Assembly: GCA_038874595.1 (NCBI GenBank)
Contig: JAVZCB010000006.1
Location: 1-64,000 of the forward strand
Length of the DNA: 64,000 nt
Direction: 5' to 3'
Source: Candidatus Micrarchaeia archaeon
Lineage (GTDB): Archaea; Micrarchaeota; Micrarchaeia; CAILAH01
The first letter of the stretch is position 1. Every line of letters begins with the position of its first letter. The translations under genes and the position numbers were made by a program. Positions 18,165 to 27,210 of the stretch are shown piece by piece. The notes under the pieces are model-generated. The model was not told where the DNA came from. It saw nothing but the letters and a program-made list of their open reading frames with translations, and did not search any database.

Positions 18165-19589
18165 ATGGGAAAGATATACATAGATACTATCAAGTATATG
18201 GTGTATGCTGACTTTGAGATTAAAGGCCTTGTGGAGAAGCCGGATGTTGTAGGTGCAATTTTTGGCCAGACTGAAGGCCTGCTTGGTGACGAGCTTGACC
18301 TGCGTGAGATGCAGAAAAGCGGCAGGATAGGCAGGATAGAGGTTGAGCTGACACCACGCGACGGCAAGAGCATCGGTAAGATACTACTTCCGTCAAGCCT
18401 TGACATGGTCGAGACTTCAGTAATTGCAGCCGCAATTGAGAGTGTTGACAGGGTCGGCCCGTGTGAGGCACGGATAACCGTCTCCAAGATTGAGGATATG
18501 CGCAGTGTGAAGAGGAAACAGCTCGTCTCGCGTGCGAAATCCCTACTCAAGACACTCGTTACCGAGACGTTGCCGGAGAGCAAGGAAATCCTTGATATGG
18601 TCCGTGATGAGGTTAAGGCTTCCGGTGTGGTTGAATATGGTCCCGAGCGCCTTGTTGCAGGGCCAGATATTGATACATACGATTCTATAATCGTGGTTGA
18701 GGGCCGTGCAGATGTGATAAACCTGCTCAAGAATGACATAAAAAACGTAATTGCGCTCGGTGGCGCATCCGTGCCCAAGACGATTGTTGAGCTCAGCAAG
18801 AAGAAGGAAATAACACTATTTCTTGATGGAGACCGCGGGGGCGACATAATCCTGAAAGAGATGCTGGCAGTTGGTGATATCGATTTCGTTGCAAGGGCGC
18901 CGCCCGGGACAGAGGTTGAAGAGCTTTCGAGAAAAGAGCTGATAAAGGCTCTCAGGAGCAAGGTGCCCGTCGAGCAGGCAGAATCGCAATTCTATGGCCG
19001 CAGCAAGAGACCGCCCTCACGCGATTTCCGTGAAAGGAACAAGCGTCTTGGTGAAGATGAGGAAGTCCAGGCTGAAAAGTCATCATACAAACAACCCTCA
19101 TATGAGCAGCAGGAGCAGGTGGGAGCGCGCAGTGAATTGAGAAGGCAATCTTTCGTGCAGGAGCAGGATGAGCGTACAACTGCAGAGAGGCCGGCGGTAC
19201 GCCTTGAAAAGAGGGAGTTTGAGCGGTCGCAGCGTTATGAGCGCGCAGAGCAACAGCAGCCCGAGAAGGCCGCATCGCAGGATGATACCTCACAGGTGCC
19301 GGCTGTGATGCCGCAGGAGTTAAAGTTGCATCTTGATGAGCTGAACGGCACACTGAGGGCGCGGCTGCTTGGCCCTGCAAACGAGCTCATTAAAGAGCTG
19401 CCGGTGCGTGATTTGATAACTGAGCTTAATAGCAGCGAGTCTGCACCAGCATCAGTTGTGCTTGATGGGATAATAACACAGCGCCTGCTTGACCTTGCTG
19501 CAAGCAAGAAAATAAAAAGCATTGCAGGAATTAAGGTAGGCAGCATAACAAAGAGGCCTGCAGGGGTTGCCATATTCACATCACAGTAG
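18165..19589 (+). CDS. dnaG: Archaeal DnaG (exosome-associated TOPRIM protein)
   Basis: VEKPDVVGAIFGQTEGLLG, VEGRADV, DGDRGG and DGIITQRL motifs. Confidence 0.96.
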   Translation: MGKIYIDTIKYMVYADFEIKGLVEKPDVVGAIFGQTEGLLGDELDLREMQKSGRIGRIEVELTPRDGKSIGKILLPSSLDMVETSVIAAAIESVDRVGPCEARITVSKIEDMRSVKRKQLVSRAKSLLKTLVTETLPESKEILDMVRDEVKASGVVEYGPERLVAGPDIDTYDSIIVVEGRADVINLLKNDIKNVIALGGASVPKTIVELSKKKEITLFLDGDRGGDIILKEMLAVGDIDFVARAPPGTEVEELSRKELIKALRSKVPVEQAESQFYGRSKRPPSRDFRERNKRLGEDEEVQAEKSSYKQPSYEQQEQVGARSELRRQSFVQEQDERTTAERPAVRLEKREFERSQRYERAEQQQPEKAASQDDTSQVPAVMPQELKLHLDELNGTLRARLLGPANELIKELPVRDLITELNSSESAPASVVLDGIITQRLLDLAASKKIKSIAGIKVGSITKRPAGVAIFTSQ

Positions 19590-19595
19590 TAAGGT

Positions 19596-20150
19596 GTGTT
19601 TTTGAGGATTTATTTTATTACCTCAAATGTGCACAAGTTCCGTGAGGTCCGTGACATTGCAGAGCCTTACGGCGCTCATATAATCCAGGTACGAATGGAA
19701 TACCCGGAGGTTCGTGCTGATACCTGCAAAGAAGTTGTGGAGAATGCTATTCATAGCCTAAAAAGGATGAAAGGGCTGAAGCGCCCGTTCATCGTTGAGG
19801 ATTCAGGCCTGTTTATCGATGCGCTCAACGGTTTTCCAGGCCCATATTCGAAATGGGCCTATAATAAAATCGGCCTTGATGGGGTACTGGCACTCCTGAA
19901 AGGAGCTAAAAAAAGGGATGCGCACTTTATGTGTGCAATCGGATATTATGATGGCAAAGAGCCGCTGGTGTTCACAGGCAGTGTAGATGGCACGATCGCC
20001 ACGAGAATAAGGGGTGAAAGCGGGTTTGCGTACGACCCGCTCTTTATTCCAAAGGGTTATAAATTTACCTTTGCTGAAAATATGACGCTCAAATCGACGT
20101 TGTCCCATAGGGCACGGGCTGTCGAGCTGATGCTAAAATCAATAATATAG
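19596..20150 (+). CDS. rdgB: Non-canonical purine NTP pyrophosphatase (HAM1/RdgB)
   Basis: TSNxHK, EDSGL, FPGPYS, FAYDPLF and SHRARA motifs. Confidence 0.94.
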   Translation: MFLRIYFITSNVHKFREVRDIAEPYGAHIIQVRMEYPEVRADTCKEVVENAIHSLKRMKGLKRPFIVEDSGLFIDALNGFPGPYSKWAYNKIGLDGVLALLKGAKKRDAHFMCAIGYYDGKEPLVFTGSVDGTIATRIRGESGFAYDPLFIPKGYKFTFAENMTLKSTLSHRARAVELMLKSII

Positions 20151-20163
20151 ATGAAGTGATAGG

Positions 20164-20619
20164 ATGGTAAGGTTACATACACGAAAGGCCGGTAAGGCGA
20201 AGCGTTCAAAGAAGCACTACCCGCGTGAAGCACCTTCGTGGTCTGACACCACCAGGGAGCAGATTGCGGATATGGCTGTTAAGCTTGCAAAAGAAGGGAA
20301 AGACCCTGCGCAGATTGGTGTTATACTGCGCGATACGCACGCAGTGCCAGATGTCAAGGCGATGACTGGTAAGAAGCTCACGAAACTGCTTGAAGAGAAG
20401 GGTGTGCGCAAGGAGTACCCGGCAGACCTCCTTGACCTGATTAAGAGGGCTGCAAGGATGAGGAAGCACCTTAGCGAAAATCATGCTGATAAGCACAACA
20501 GGACACGGCTTCTCAGGGTCGAATCAAAAATCAGGAGGCTCGTTTCATATTACAACAAGACAGGTCGGCTTAACAACTGGAAATATGACCCGGAGCAGGC
20601 GGCATTATTGGTAAGGTGA
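20164..20619 (+). CDS. rps15: 30S ribosomal protein uS15 (S15P/S13e)
   Basis: QIGVILRD and ESKIRRLVSYY motifs. Confidence 0.96.
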   Translation: MVRLHTRKAGKAKRSKKHYPREAPSWSDTTREQIADMAVKLAKEGKDPAQIGVILRDTHAVPDVKAMTGKKLTKLLEEKGVRKEYPADLLDLIKRAARMRKHLSENHADKHNRTRLLRVESKIRRLVSYYNKTGRLNNWKYDPEQAALLVR

Positions 20620-20624
20620 CGTGA

Positions 20625-21257
20625 ATGGCAAAGTCTGACAAGTTCAAACTTAAATCCTGGTATGGTGTCATTGCACCAAAGATATTTGATGAGAAGAAGG
20701 TCGGCGAAATTGTAGGCCTTGATGATGAGAGCATTCTCGGCAGGGTAATAATTGCAAACCTTGCAGAGCTCACAGGCGAGATGCCACATAGTTATACGCG
20801 CATCAGCCTGAAAGTGCGAGATATAAAGGGAAAAACTGCATATACAAAGCTGATTGGTCACGAGCTGCTTCGCAGTTATCTTAGAACGATTGTGCGCAGG
20901 AGAATGTCTCTTGTTGATGATGTAGTGAAGGTCCGCACAAAAGATGGTATTGATGTTGCTGTTAAGACTGCAATTGTAACAGCAAACAGGGTAAGCCAGC
21001 CAACTCGTGTGACACTCCGCAAGATTGCTGAGGAAATAATACGCGAGAAGGCCTCAAAATTGGATTATGATTCCTTTATGCAGGAAATCCTGTTCAAGAA
21101 ACTCGCATCCGCGATTTATAACAAGGCCAAGGTTATCGTACCTATTAAGCGCATTGAGATAATCAAGACCGAGCTTATAGAGCAAAAGAAGAAGGCACAG
21201 AAGGCAGCGGATGCTGAGAAAACAGAGGCTCCAGATGCGGCGGTTTCTGCTGCATAA
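20625..21257 (+). CDS. rps3ae: 30S ribosomal protein eS1 (S3Ae)
   Basis: KxKxWYxVxAP and YLRTIVRR motifs. Confidence 0.95.
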   Translation: MAKSDKFKLKSWYGVIAPKIFDEKKVGEIVGLDDESILGRVIIANLAELTGEMPHSYTRISLKVRDIKGKTAYTKLIGHELLRSYLRTIVRRRMSLVDDVVKVRTKDGIDVAVKTAIVTANRVSQPTRVTLRKIAEEIIREKASKLDYDSFMQEILFKKLASAIYNKAKVIVPIKRIEIIKTELIEQKKKAQKAADAEKTEAPDAAVSAA

Positions 21258-21269
21258 CTCTTTTTCATT

Positions 21270-21932
21270 TTAAAATAAGCTAAGCCAGTTCACTTTTACT
21301 TCTGATTTATCCTTACTTATATATGCAAGCTGGATTTCAGCCGCTTCACCTTTCTTTGCAGGCCCGAGCTTGACAATGTTTGTATTCCCAACTTTCATAT
21401 GCCCCTTATGCTCATGCACATGCCCGCATACCAGGAGGAACGGCTCGCACGCGTGCATAAGCTTCAGGATGCTCCGAGACCCTATATGCACATCCATCCC
21501 AACATCATCAAAATACCCGAACGGTGGCGTGTGCGATAACACAATTGCCGGGGGTGTGAGCTCTACATCCTTAAGTTTGGGCCACAGTTCATCATCATAG
21601 TACTCATATGGGGTGTAAAAAGGCCCTCTAAGGCCTCCTCCGATACCAAAAATTGAATATTTCATTGTAAATTTTGCAGTTTTTTGTTCTACATATCCAG
21701 GGAAACTGGAGAGTACCCTCCGGACAGCCTCATCATCCATATTACCTGGTATTAAGTATGTTGGAACACTTTCAAGCATCTCAAGCACGCTCAATGCATA
21801 CGTGGCGTCTCCGTTATCTGCAATATCACCAGCTATGAAAACCACATCATACTTTTTTTTGGTTAGAAGGCTCCGGATACCATCCAGGACGCGCTGTTCG
21901 CTGTGCAAATCTGAGAGTGCAAGCGCTTTCAA
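21270..21932 (-). CDS. Calcineurin-like metallophosphoesterase
   Basis: SDLH, GD, GNMD, HTPP and GHVHE motifs. Confidence 0.9.
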   Translation of the reverse strand: MKALALSDLHSEQRVLDGIRSLLTKKKYDVVFIAGDIADNGDATYALSVLEMLESVPTYLIPGNMDDEAVRRVLSSFPGYVEQKTAKFTMKYSIFGIGGGLRGPFYTPYEYYDDELWPKLKDVELTPPAIVLSHTPPFGYFDDVGMDVHIGSRSILKLMHACEPFLLVCGHVHEHKGHMKVGNTNIVKLGPAKKGEAAEIQLAYISKDKSEVKVNWLSLF

Positions 21933-21934
21933 GC

Positions 21935-22966
21935 TCAGAACCTCCCCCTACCACGTTTTGACCTGAACTTACCTCCCCTGCCAAACCCGCGCTCGCCACG
22001 TGATTCATTGCTGTTTCTCTCGAACCTCTCAACATCCCTGCGCTCACGCTTCTCAAACCTCTCGTGCTCTTTACCAGTAGGCCTGTTGCCTCTCTGGCCC
22101 CTGCCAGCATCGTGCTGTCTGCCGCGCTCAGCAAACCTCTGCCTGAACCTCTCCTCTTTCTCTTTCTGCTCCCTCTCAATGTCCTCCTTTGTGGCCACAC
22201 CTGATTTCTTTACAATCTCTGCAATCTTCCTGTCAAGGTCCTCCTTGAGCTTAGGCGCAATGAAGTTATGCGTGTATGTATCGGCCTTTGCAGCGATTGA
22301 TATCTTTGCAGCAAGGAGCCTTGCCACCTTGCCGCGGTCGGCTTTCTTAATCCCGCGCATTGCAGGGTGTAGGAATATGATACCGTGTTTTGGCGGTTTT
22401 GTATGCTTAATCAGATGCATAAACAGTGCTTTCTCAGCACCCATAACCTGTATGCTGCTTGCTGGGAGGACAGCAAGCCGTTTCAGGCCTTTTGCGCTGA
22501 CTATCAGCTTGGTTGCGAGTGTGTTACCTACCAGGTATGACAGGTTTGGTGCAATCTTCTGCACCGTCTTCTCAATGTAATCACTCAGGTAATCGCGCAC
22601 TTCATACATTCCCCTGAGGCTCCTTGCATACTCCTGCAATGCGTGCAGGTCCTCAACAGGTATGCTTGAGCCCATTGACTCACGCTTAGGCAGTAGCCGT
22701 GCGGCTTTCTCACTGAGCAGTTTCTCGGTTTCCGGTTGCTCTTTTATATACTTCTCAACAATCTCAAGGTATACCTTCCTATCCTCAGTATCAGGAAGCT
22801 CTGGCAGGTATATCTGGTACCAGTTTCTCACACTCTCGAACATCTCGTTCAGGACAGCATCTATCGTATCAACTGCGGCTGATGCATGCATCAGAAAATC
22901 CTCGGTTGAATATGACTTTTTCAAGTCAGACTTGACTTGCCTTAATAAGTCTTCCCTGCTAACCAT
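21935..22966 (-). CDS. nop5: Box C/D RNP protein Nop5 (Nop56/58) with a charged, RG-rich tail
   Basis: APNL, PASSIQVMGAEKALF and PPKHGIIF motifs. Confidence 0.94.
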   Translation of the reverse strand: MVSREDLLRQVKSDLKKSYSTEDFLMHASAAVDTIDAVLNEMFESVRNWYQIYLPELPDTEDRKVYLEIVEKYIKEQPETEKLLSEKAARLLPKRESMGSSIPVEDLHALQEYARSLRGMYEVRDYLSDYIEKTVQKIAPNLSYLVGNTLATKLIVSAKGLKRLAVLPASSIQVMGAEKALFMHLIKHTKPPKHGIIFLHPAMRGIKKADRGKVARLLAAKISIAAKADTYTHNFIAPKLKEDLDRKIAEIVKKSGVATKEDIEREQKEKEERFRQRFAERGRQHDAGRGQRGNRPTGKEHERFEKRERRDVERFERNSNESRGERGFGRGGKFRSKRGRGRF

Positions 22967-23045
22967 TACATCACTCTCATTTACCTCGTGTTTTAAAGGA
23001 TTATGGGGGACAAATTAATTAACTTTGTGCCGCATAAGTTTTCCC

Positions 23046-24578
23046 ATGCATGAGAAGCTATTCAACATGATGGCGCGCCGCGCCGTTATAATACCCACAG
23101 CAGAGATTTACAACCCGGTCGCGGGGTTCTACGACTACGGGCCAATAGGGCTGCTCATAAAAAGAAAGATAGTTGATATATGGCGTGAGATATTCATTAA
23201 AGAGTGCGGGTTCCTTGAGATTGACGGCTCAACGCTGCTTCCGGAGATTGCACTGAAAGCGTCCGGTCACGTTGACCATTTCAATGACCCGTTAACGGAG
23301 TGCAAGAAGTGCCACAGGAGATATCGTGCAGACCATCTTCTTGAGGATGCAAAGATTGACGCGTCGCATATGACAAATGAGCAGATGACTGTGGCAATTG
23401 CAGCTAATAATATAAAATGCAGTGCGTGCGGTGGCGACCTTGATGAGGTTAAGCCGTTCAATTTGATGTTCAAGACATCTGTTGGTGCTGTTGACGGCAG
23501 TTCCGCCACGATATATTTGCGCCCTGAAACTGCCCAGAATATTTTTATGGACTTCAATAAGCTGTTCAACACATATGGTGCAAAGCTGCCTATGGGCATA
23601 GGCCAGGTTGGGCGGACGTACAGGAATGAGATTGCACCGCGCCAGGGGTTAATTCGTGTAAGGGAATTTGAGCAGATGGAGCTTGAGTATTTCTTTGACC
23701 CGCAAGATGATGATTCCGCATATCTTGAGCAGGTCAAAGATATAGTAGTGCCGTTGCAAACACGTGAGCAGCAGCGGAAAAAGGAAAACTTTGATTTTGT
23801 ATCTCTGGGAGATGCTTATGAAAGCGGTGATATCCCGGTGCGTACTGTCGCATATTTTATGGCCAAGGAGCAGAAGCTCCTGAATGCGCTCGGCATAACA
23901 AATTTCAGGTTCAGGCATCTTATGGAGGATGAGACGCCGCATTACTCAGGCGGCAATTTTGATGTTGAGATACCAACAAAGGTTGGTTGGATGGAAGTTA
24001 TCAGCCTAGCTTACAGGACAAATTATGACCTAGCAAGGCATAAGGAGTTTTCAGGCAAGAACCTTGAGGTCACGTTTAATGATAAGAAGGTGCTCCCCCA
24101 CGTTATCGAGCCGTCCATTGGCCTGGGTCGCCTATTCTGGTGTGCCCTTGAGCACGCGTATGTTGAGGATAAGGAGCGCGGCTGGGATTGGCTTAACCTG
24201 CCGCCCAGGATTGCACCGTATGATGCGTACATATTGCCTTTGATGAAAAAGGACGGTATGCCAGAGAAGGCAAAGGAGATTTATGCGCAGCTGCTTACGA
24301 TGTTTGATGTATACTATGATGCAAGCGGCAGTGTAGGTCGCAGGTATGCAAAGGCCGATGAGATAGGTGTACCGTATTGCATCACGGTGGATTACCAGAC
24401 GTTTGAGGACGGGACTGTAACGGTGCGGTTCAGGAACGATGGCAAGCAAGCTCGTATCCCTCTTGATATCCTATCAACCGAGCTTATGCGGTTCAAATAT
24501 AACGGTGTTGTTGAAGGCGCGAAGAGCGGGCTGCCTCTTATATCAGAACAGCCTAAGGAGCCGGCATCAAAAGAATAA
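23046..24578 (+). CDS. glyS: Glycyl-tRNA synthetase (homodimeric type)
   Basis: DYGP, SGH, LRPETAQ, RNEI.PR, REFEQMELE and IEPS.G motifs. Confidence 0.96.
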   Translation: MHEKLFNMMARRAVIIPTAEIYNPVAGFYDYGPIGLLIKRKIVDIWREIFIKECGFLEIDGSTLLPEIALKASGHVDHFNDPLTECKKCHRRYRADHLLEDAKIDASHMTNEQMTVAIAANNIKCSACGGDLDEVKPFNLMFKTSVGAVDGSSATIYLRPETAQNIFMDFNKLFNTYGAKLPMGIGQVGRTYRNEIAPRQGLIRVREFEQMELEYFFDPQDDDSAYLEQVKDIVVPLQTREQQRKKENFDFVSLGDAYESGDIPVRTVAYFMAKEQKLLNALGITNFRFRHLMEDETPHYSGGNFDVEIPTKVGWMEVISLAYRTNYDLARHKEFSGKNLEVTFNDKKVLPHVIEPSIGLGRLFWCALEHAYVEDKERGWDWLNLPPRIAPYDAYILPLMKKDGMPEKAKEIYAQLLTMFDVYYDASGSVGRRYAKADEIGVPYCITVDYQTFEDGTVTVRFRNDGKQARIPLDILSTELMRFKYNGVVEGAKSGLPLISEQPKEPASKE

Positions 24579-24679
24579 GCAGTGGAACTTATGGTTTTTA
24601 GGGGTTTTGGCCCTGGCAGGATATATAATAGAAATGTTTATCAGTGTTATCCCTTTCCAATAATACGCAAGGTGCTTGT

Positions 24680-25486
24680 ATGGCCAGCAATGGGAAGATG
24701 CATTATAACGGCACAAAATCAAAAAATGGTAATGACGAGGGGTTTAAGCAGTTAAGCCCGCTCACTGAAAAGGAGAAGGCCTATCTCAGGGATAAGTTTT
24801 GGGTTGGCATCCGCTGTGGCTCAAAACTGTTTGTAGCATCTGCGGTTGAGAATGGTATTAGTGTAAACAGTACTGATGAGCACGGTTCTCCTGCAATAAT
24901 AACAGCGATAATGCACAATCATAATCATATAGTAGATTACCTTATTGACAATAATGCGGATGTTAATTGTGTATATAGAGGCGAAACGCCGCTCATAGTT
25001 GCTGTTAGGGTTATGAATGCTGAAATCATAGATATGCTATTAAAGCGTAATGTGGATGTGAACTTCAGGGATGCGCACGGGTTTATTGCGCTCTCATATG
25101 CAATCACGTTTGGCAGCGAGAGTATTATCAGGCGCCTTGTTGATAATGGCTCTGACATAAACAGCAGCTCAAATATAGGGATGACACCACTTGCGCTGGC
25201 ATTATCGGCACGAAAGGTAAGCATTGCAAAGTATCTCATCAGTAAAGGTGCAGATGTGCTTAAAGCAGATAATCAGGGCATAACACCACTAATGCGCGCA
25301 GCAGTAATTCCTGAGTACCTTGAACCTGCTGAGCTAATAACTGAAATCATATCGCGTGGTGCAGATGTTAATGCAGTGGACAATGCGGGGAGGACAGCAT
25401 ACTATTATGCACGGCAGTATGAGTGTTTTTCAAATGCAAAATTGCTCAGGAAACACGGTGCAAAGATAGGATTTCTTTGGTGGTAA
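24680..25486 (+). CDS. Ankyrin-repeat protein
   Basis: Repeated G-T-P-L...L...GADVN units. Confidence 0.92.
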   Translation: MASNGKMHYNGTKSKNGNDEGFKQLSPLTEKEKAYLRDKFWVGIRCGSKLFVASAVENGISVNSTDEHGSPAIITAIMHNHNHIVDYLIDNNADVNCVYRGETPLIVAVRVMNAEIIDMLLKRNVDVNFRDAHGFIALSYAITFGSESIIRRLVDNGSDINSSSNIGMTPLALALSARKVSIAKYLISKGADVLKADNQGITPLMRAAVIPEYLEPAELITEIISRGADVNAVDNAGRTAYYYARQYECFSNAKLLRKHGAKIGFLWW

Positions 25487-25501
25487 TAAAGGAATTTATT
25501 T

Positions 25502-26116
25502 TCAAGAAAGCTTTACAAACTGTACTGGCATCAACCGCATTAATTCAATATTTCCATTCTTTTTTATGCCCTTAAACAGCCACTGGAACATATCACCCAT
25601 AGGCAATATAATTATGCCTCCATCACGAAGCTGCTTTTCCCATGCCGGATAAACTTTATCACACGCAGCACTTACAATTATCCTATCGTAAGGCGCATGC
25701 TTATCATAGCCGTTCTTCCCATCTGCGTTTATTAATTCAATATTCTTTATGTTAAGCTTATCAAGCAGATCTTTTGCGCAATCAGAAAATTTCTTTATTT
25801 TATCTATGCTTACAACGCGCCCTTCTTTACCCACCAGCTCGGAAATGAGCGCGGTCTGCCACGCACATCCCGTCCCTATCTCTAATACAGTATGCCCTTT
25901 TTTCAAGCCGAGAAGTGAGAGCATTGTAGCAACCATGCTCGGTGCAGAGCACGTCTGCCCTTCACCGATTGGGACCGGAAGGTCATAGTATGCATTCTGT
26001 ATCTCTTCCAGCGGTAAAAACAATTCGCGCGGGTATTTGAGCATTGCAGCCGCAACCTCCGGTGCCGCAATACCCATCTGAAGAAGCTCTTTTACGAGCT
26101 CTTCATTGGTTCGCAT
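25502..26116 (-). CDS. pcm: Protein-L-isoaspartate O-methyltransferase
   Basis: PRELF, IGEGQT.SAP, LEIGTG and APYDRI motifs. Confidence 0.93.
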   Translation of the reverse strand: MRTNEELVKELLQMGIAAPEVAAAMLKYPRELFLPLEEIQNAYYDLPVPIGEGQTCSAPSMVATMLSLLGLKKGHTVLEIGTGCAWQTALISELVGKEGRVVSIDKIKKFSDCAKDLLDKLNIKNIELINADGKNGYDKHAPYDRIIVSAACDKVYPAWEKQLRDGGIIILPMGDMFQWLFKGIKKNGNIELMRLMPVQFVKLS

Positions 26117-26122
26117 ATGATA

Positions 26123-26437
26123 TCAGCCGAAAATGGAGCCGAACCCGCTCTGTGCAGCCTCTTCCTCCTCGTTAACCCTCTTAACTATCTCAGACGTCTT
26201 CTCCTGCGGTAGCACCTCAAGCCCTACTACCTCTTTGAGCTTCAGGTCAGCCTCCTTTTTGAACTCTTCACTAACGTTTCTTATTATCAGCAGTGTTTTC
26301 CCGGGCAGGCCGTAATCTGTCCCGTCCTTCTGCACAAACCCGCGCGTCGCAAATGCGAGCGGACCGAACTTATCCCCTTCAACTATTGACATTGCCTTTG
26401 CCTTTTCAGTGTTTGGGAATGAGTAAACGATATCCAT
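26123..26437 (-). CDS. Hypothetical protein with a ribosomal-stalk-like C-terminus
   Basis: 104-aa ORF in operon, ends EEEEAAQSGFGSIFG. Confidence 0.8.
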   Translation of the reverse strand: MDIVYSFPNTEKAKAMSIVEGDKFGPLAFATRGFVQKDGTDYGLPGKTLLIIRNVSEEFKKEADLKLKEVVGLEVLPQEKTSEIVKRVNEEEEAAQSGFGSIFG

Positions 26438-26438
26438 C

Positions 26439-27209
26439 TCATACCACCTTTGCCATAATTCTGCTCAGTTCATTATATAAACTTGGTGAGCATACCACAA
26501 TATTTTCATCTTCAGGCTCTTTGCTGTGCAAACCGCCAGATATACACCCGCTTTCCTGTGCTATGAGCAGGCCAGCTTTGAAATCCCACGGTTTCAGCCC
26601 TATTCCAATGAACGCATCTGCACGACCGGATGCAGTATAGCAAAGCTCAAGCGCTGCACTACCGAGCTTTCGCATATCAAACGCCTCGCGCTTGAACACG
26701 TCCATAAACTTTAAGAACATCCTGATATCCTCTTCCTTTGGGCTGTGGCACGAAGTAATGAATGCTTTCTTCATATCACTATTTTGTGAAGGAGATATCT
26801 TGTTTCCATTCAGAAATGCACCCTTTCCTTTTTCTGCGTAGAACATCTCATCAATCACGGGGTTGTATACTGCACCGCATATGATATTGCCTTCCTGCTC
26901 AAGCGCAATTGATACGTTGAAGTACGGAATATGATGGAAAAAATTAGTTGTCCCATCTAACGGGTCAATGTACCACGTAAATTCGCTATTATCGCCACCA
27001 ATCGTACCGCTCTCCTCTGCAACAATCCTGTGCCCTTTGAATGTTTCTGATAAGTATTCTATGATAATCTGCTCTGCACCCTTATCCGCCTGTGTAACAA
27101 TATCCCTCTCACCCTTATACTGTGCACTTACATTACGGGATACAAACATCTCACGCAAAAATTCGCCTGCAATCTTTGCGGTATAAACAGCCTCATTCAG
27201 GTAATTCAT
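26439..27209 (-). CDS. suhB: Inositol monophosphatase family protein
   Basis: WYIDPLDGTTNF, GSAALEL and PWD.KAG motifs. Confidence 0.92.
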   Translation of the reverse strand: MNYLNEAVYTAKIAGEFLREMFVSRNVSAQYKGERDIVTQADKGAEQIIIEYLSETFKGHRIVAEESGTIGGDNSEFTWYIDPLDGTTNFFHHIPYFNVSIALEQEGNIICGAVYNPVIDEMFYAEKGKGAFLNGNKISPSQNSDMKKAFITSCHSPKEEDIRMFLKFMDVFKREAFDMRKLGSAALELCYTASGRADAFIGIGLKPWDFKAGLLIAQESGCISGGLHSKEPEDENIVVCSPSLYNELSRIMAKVV

Positions 27210-27210
27210 C

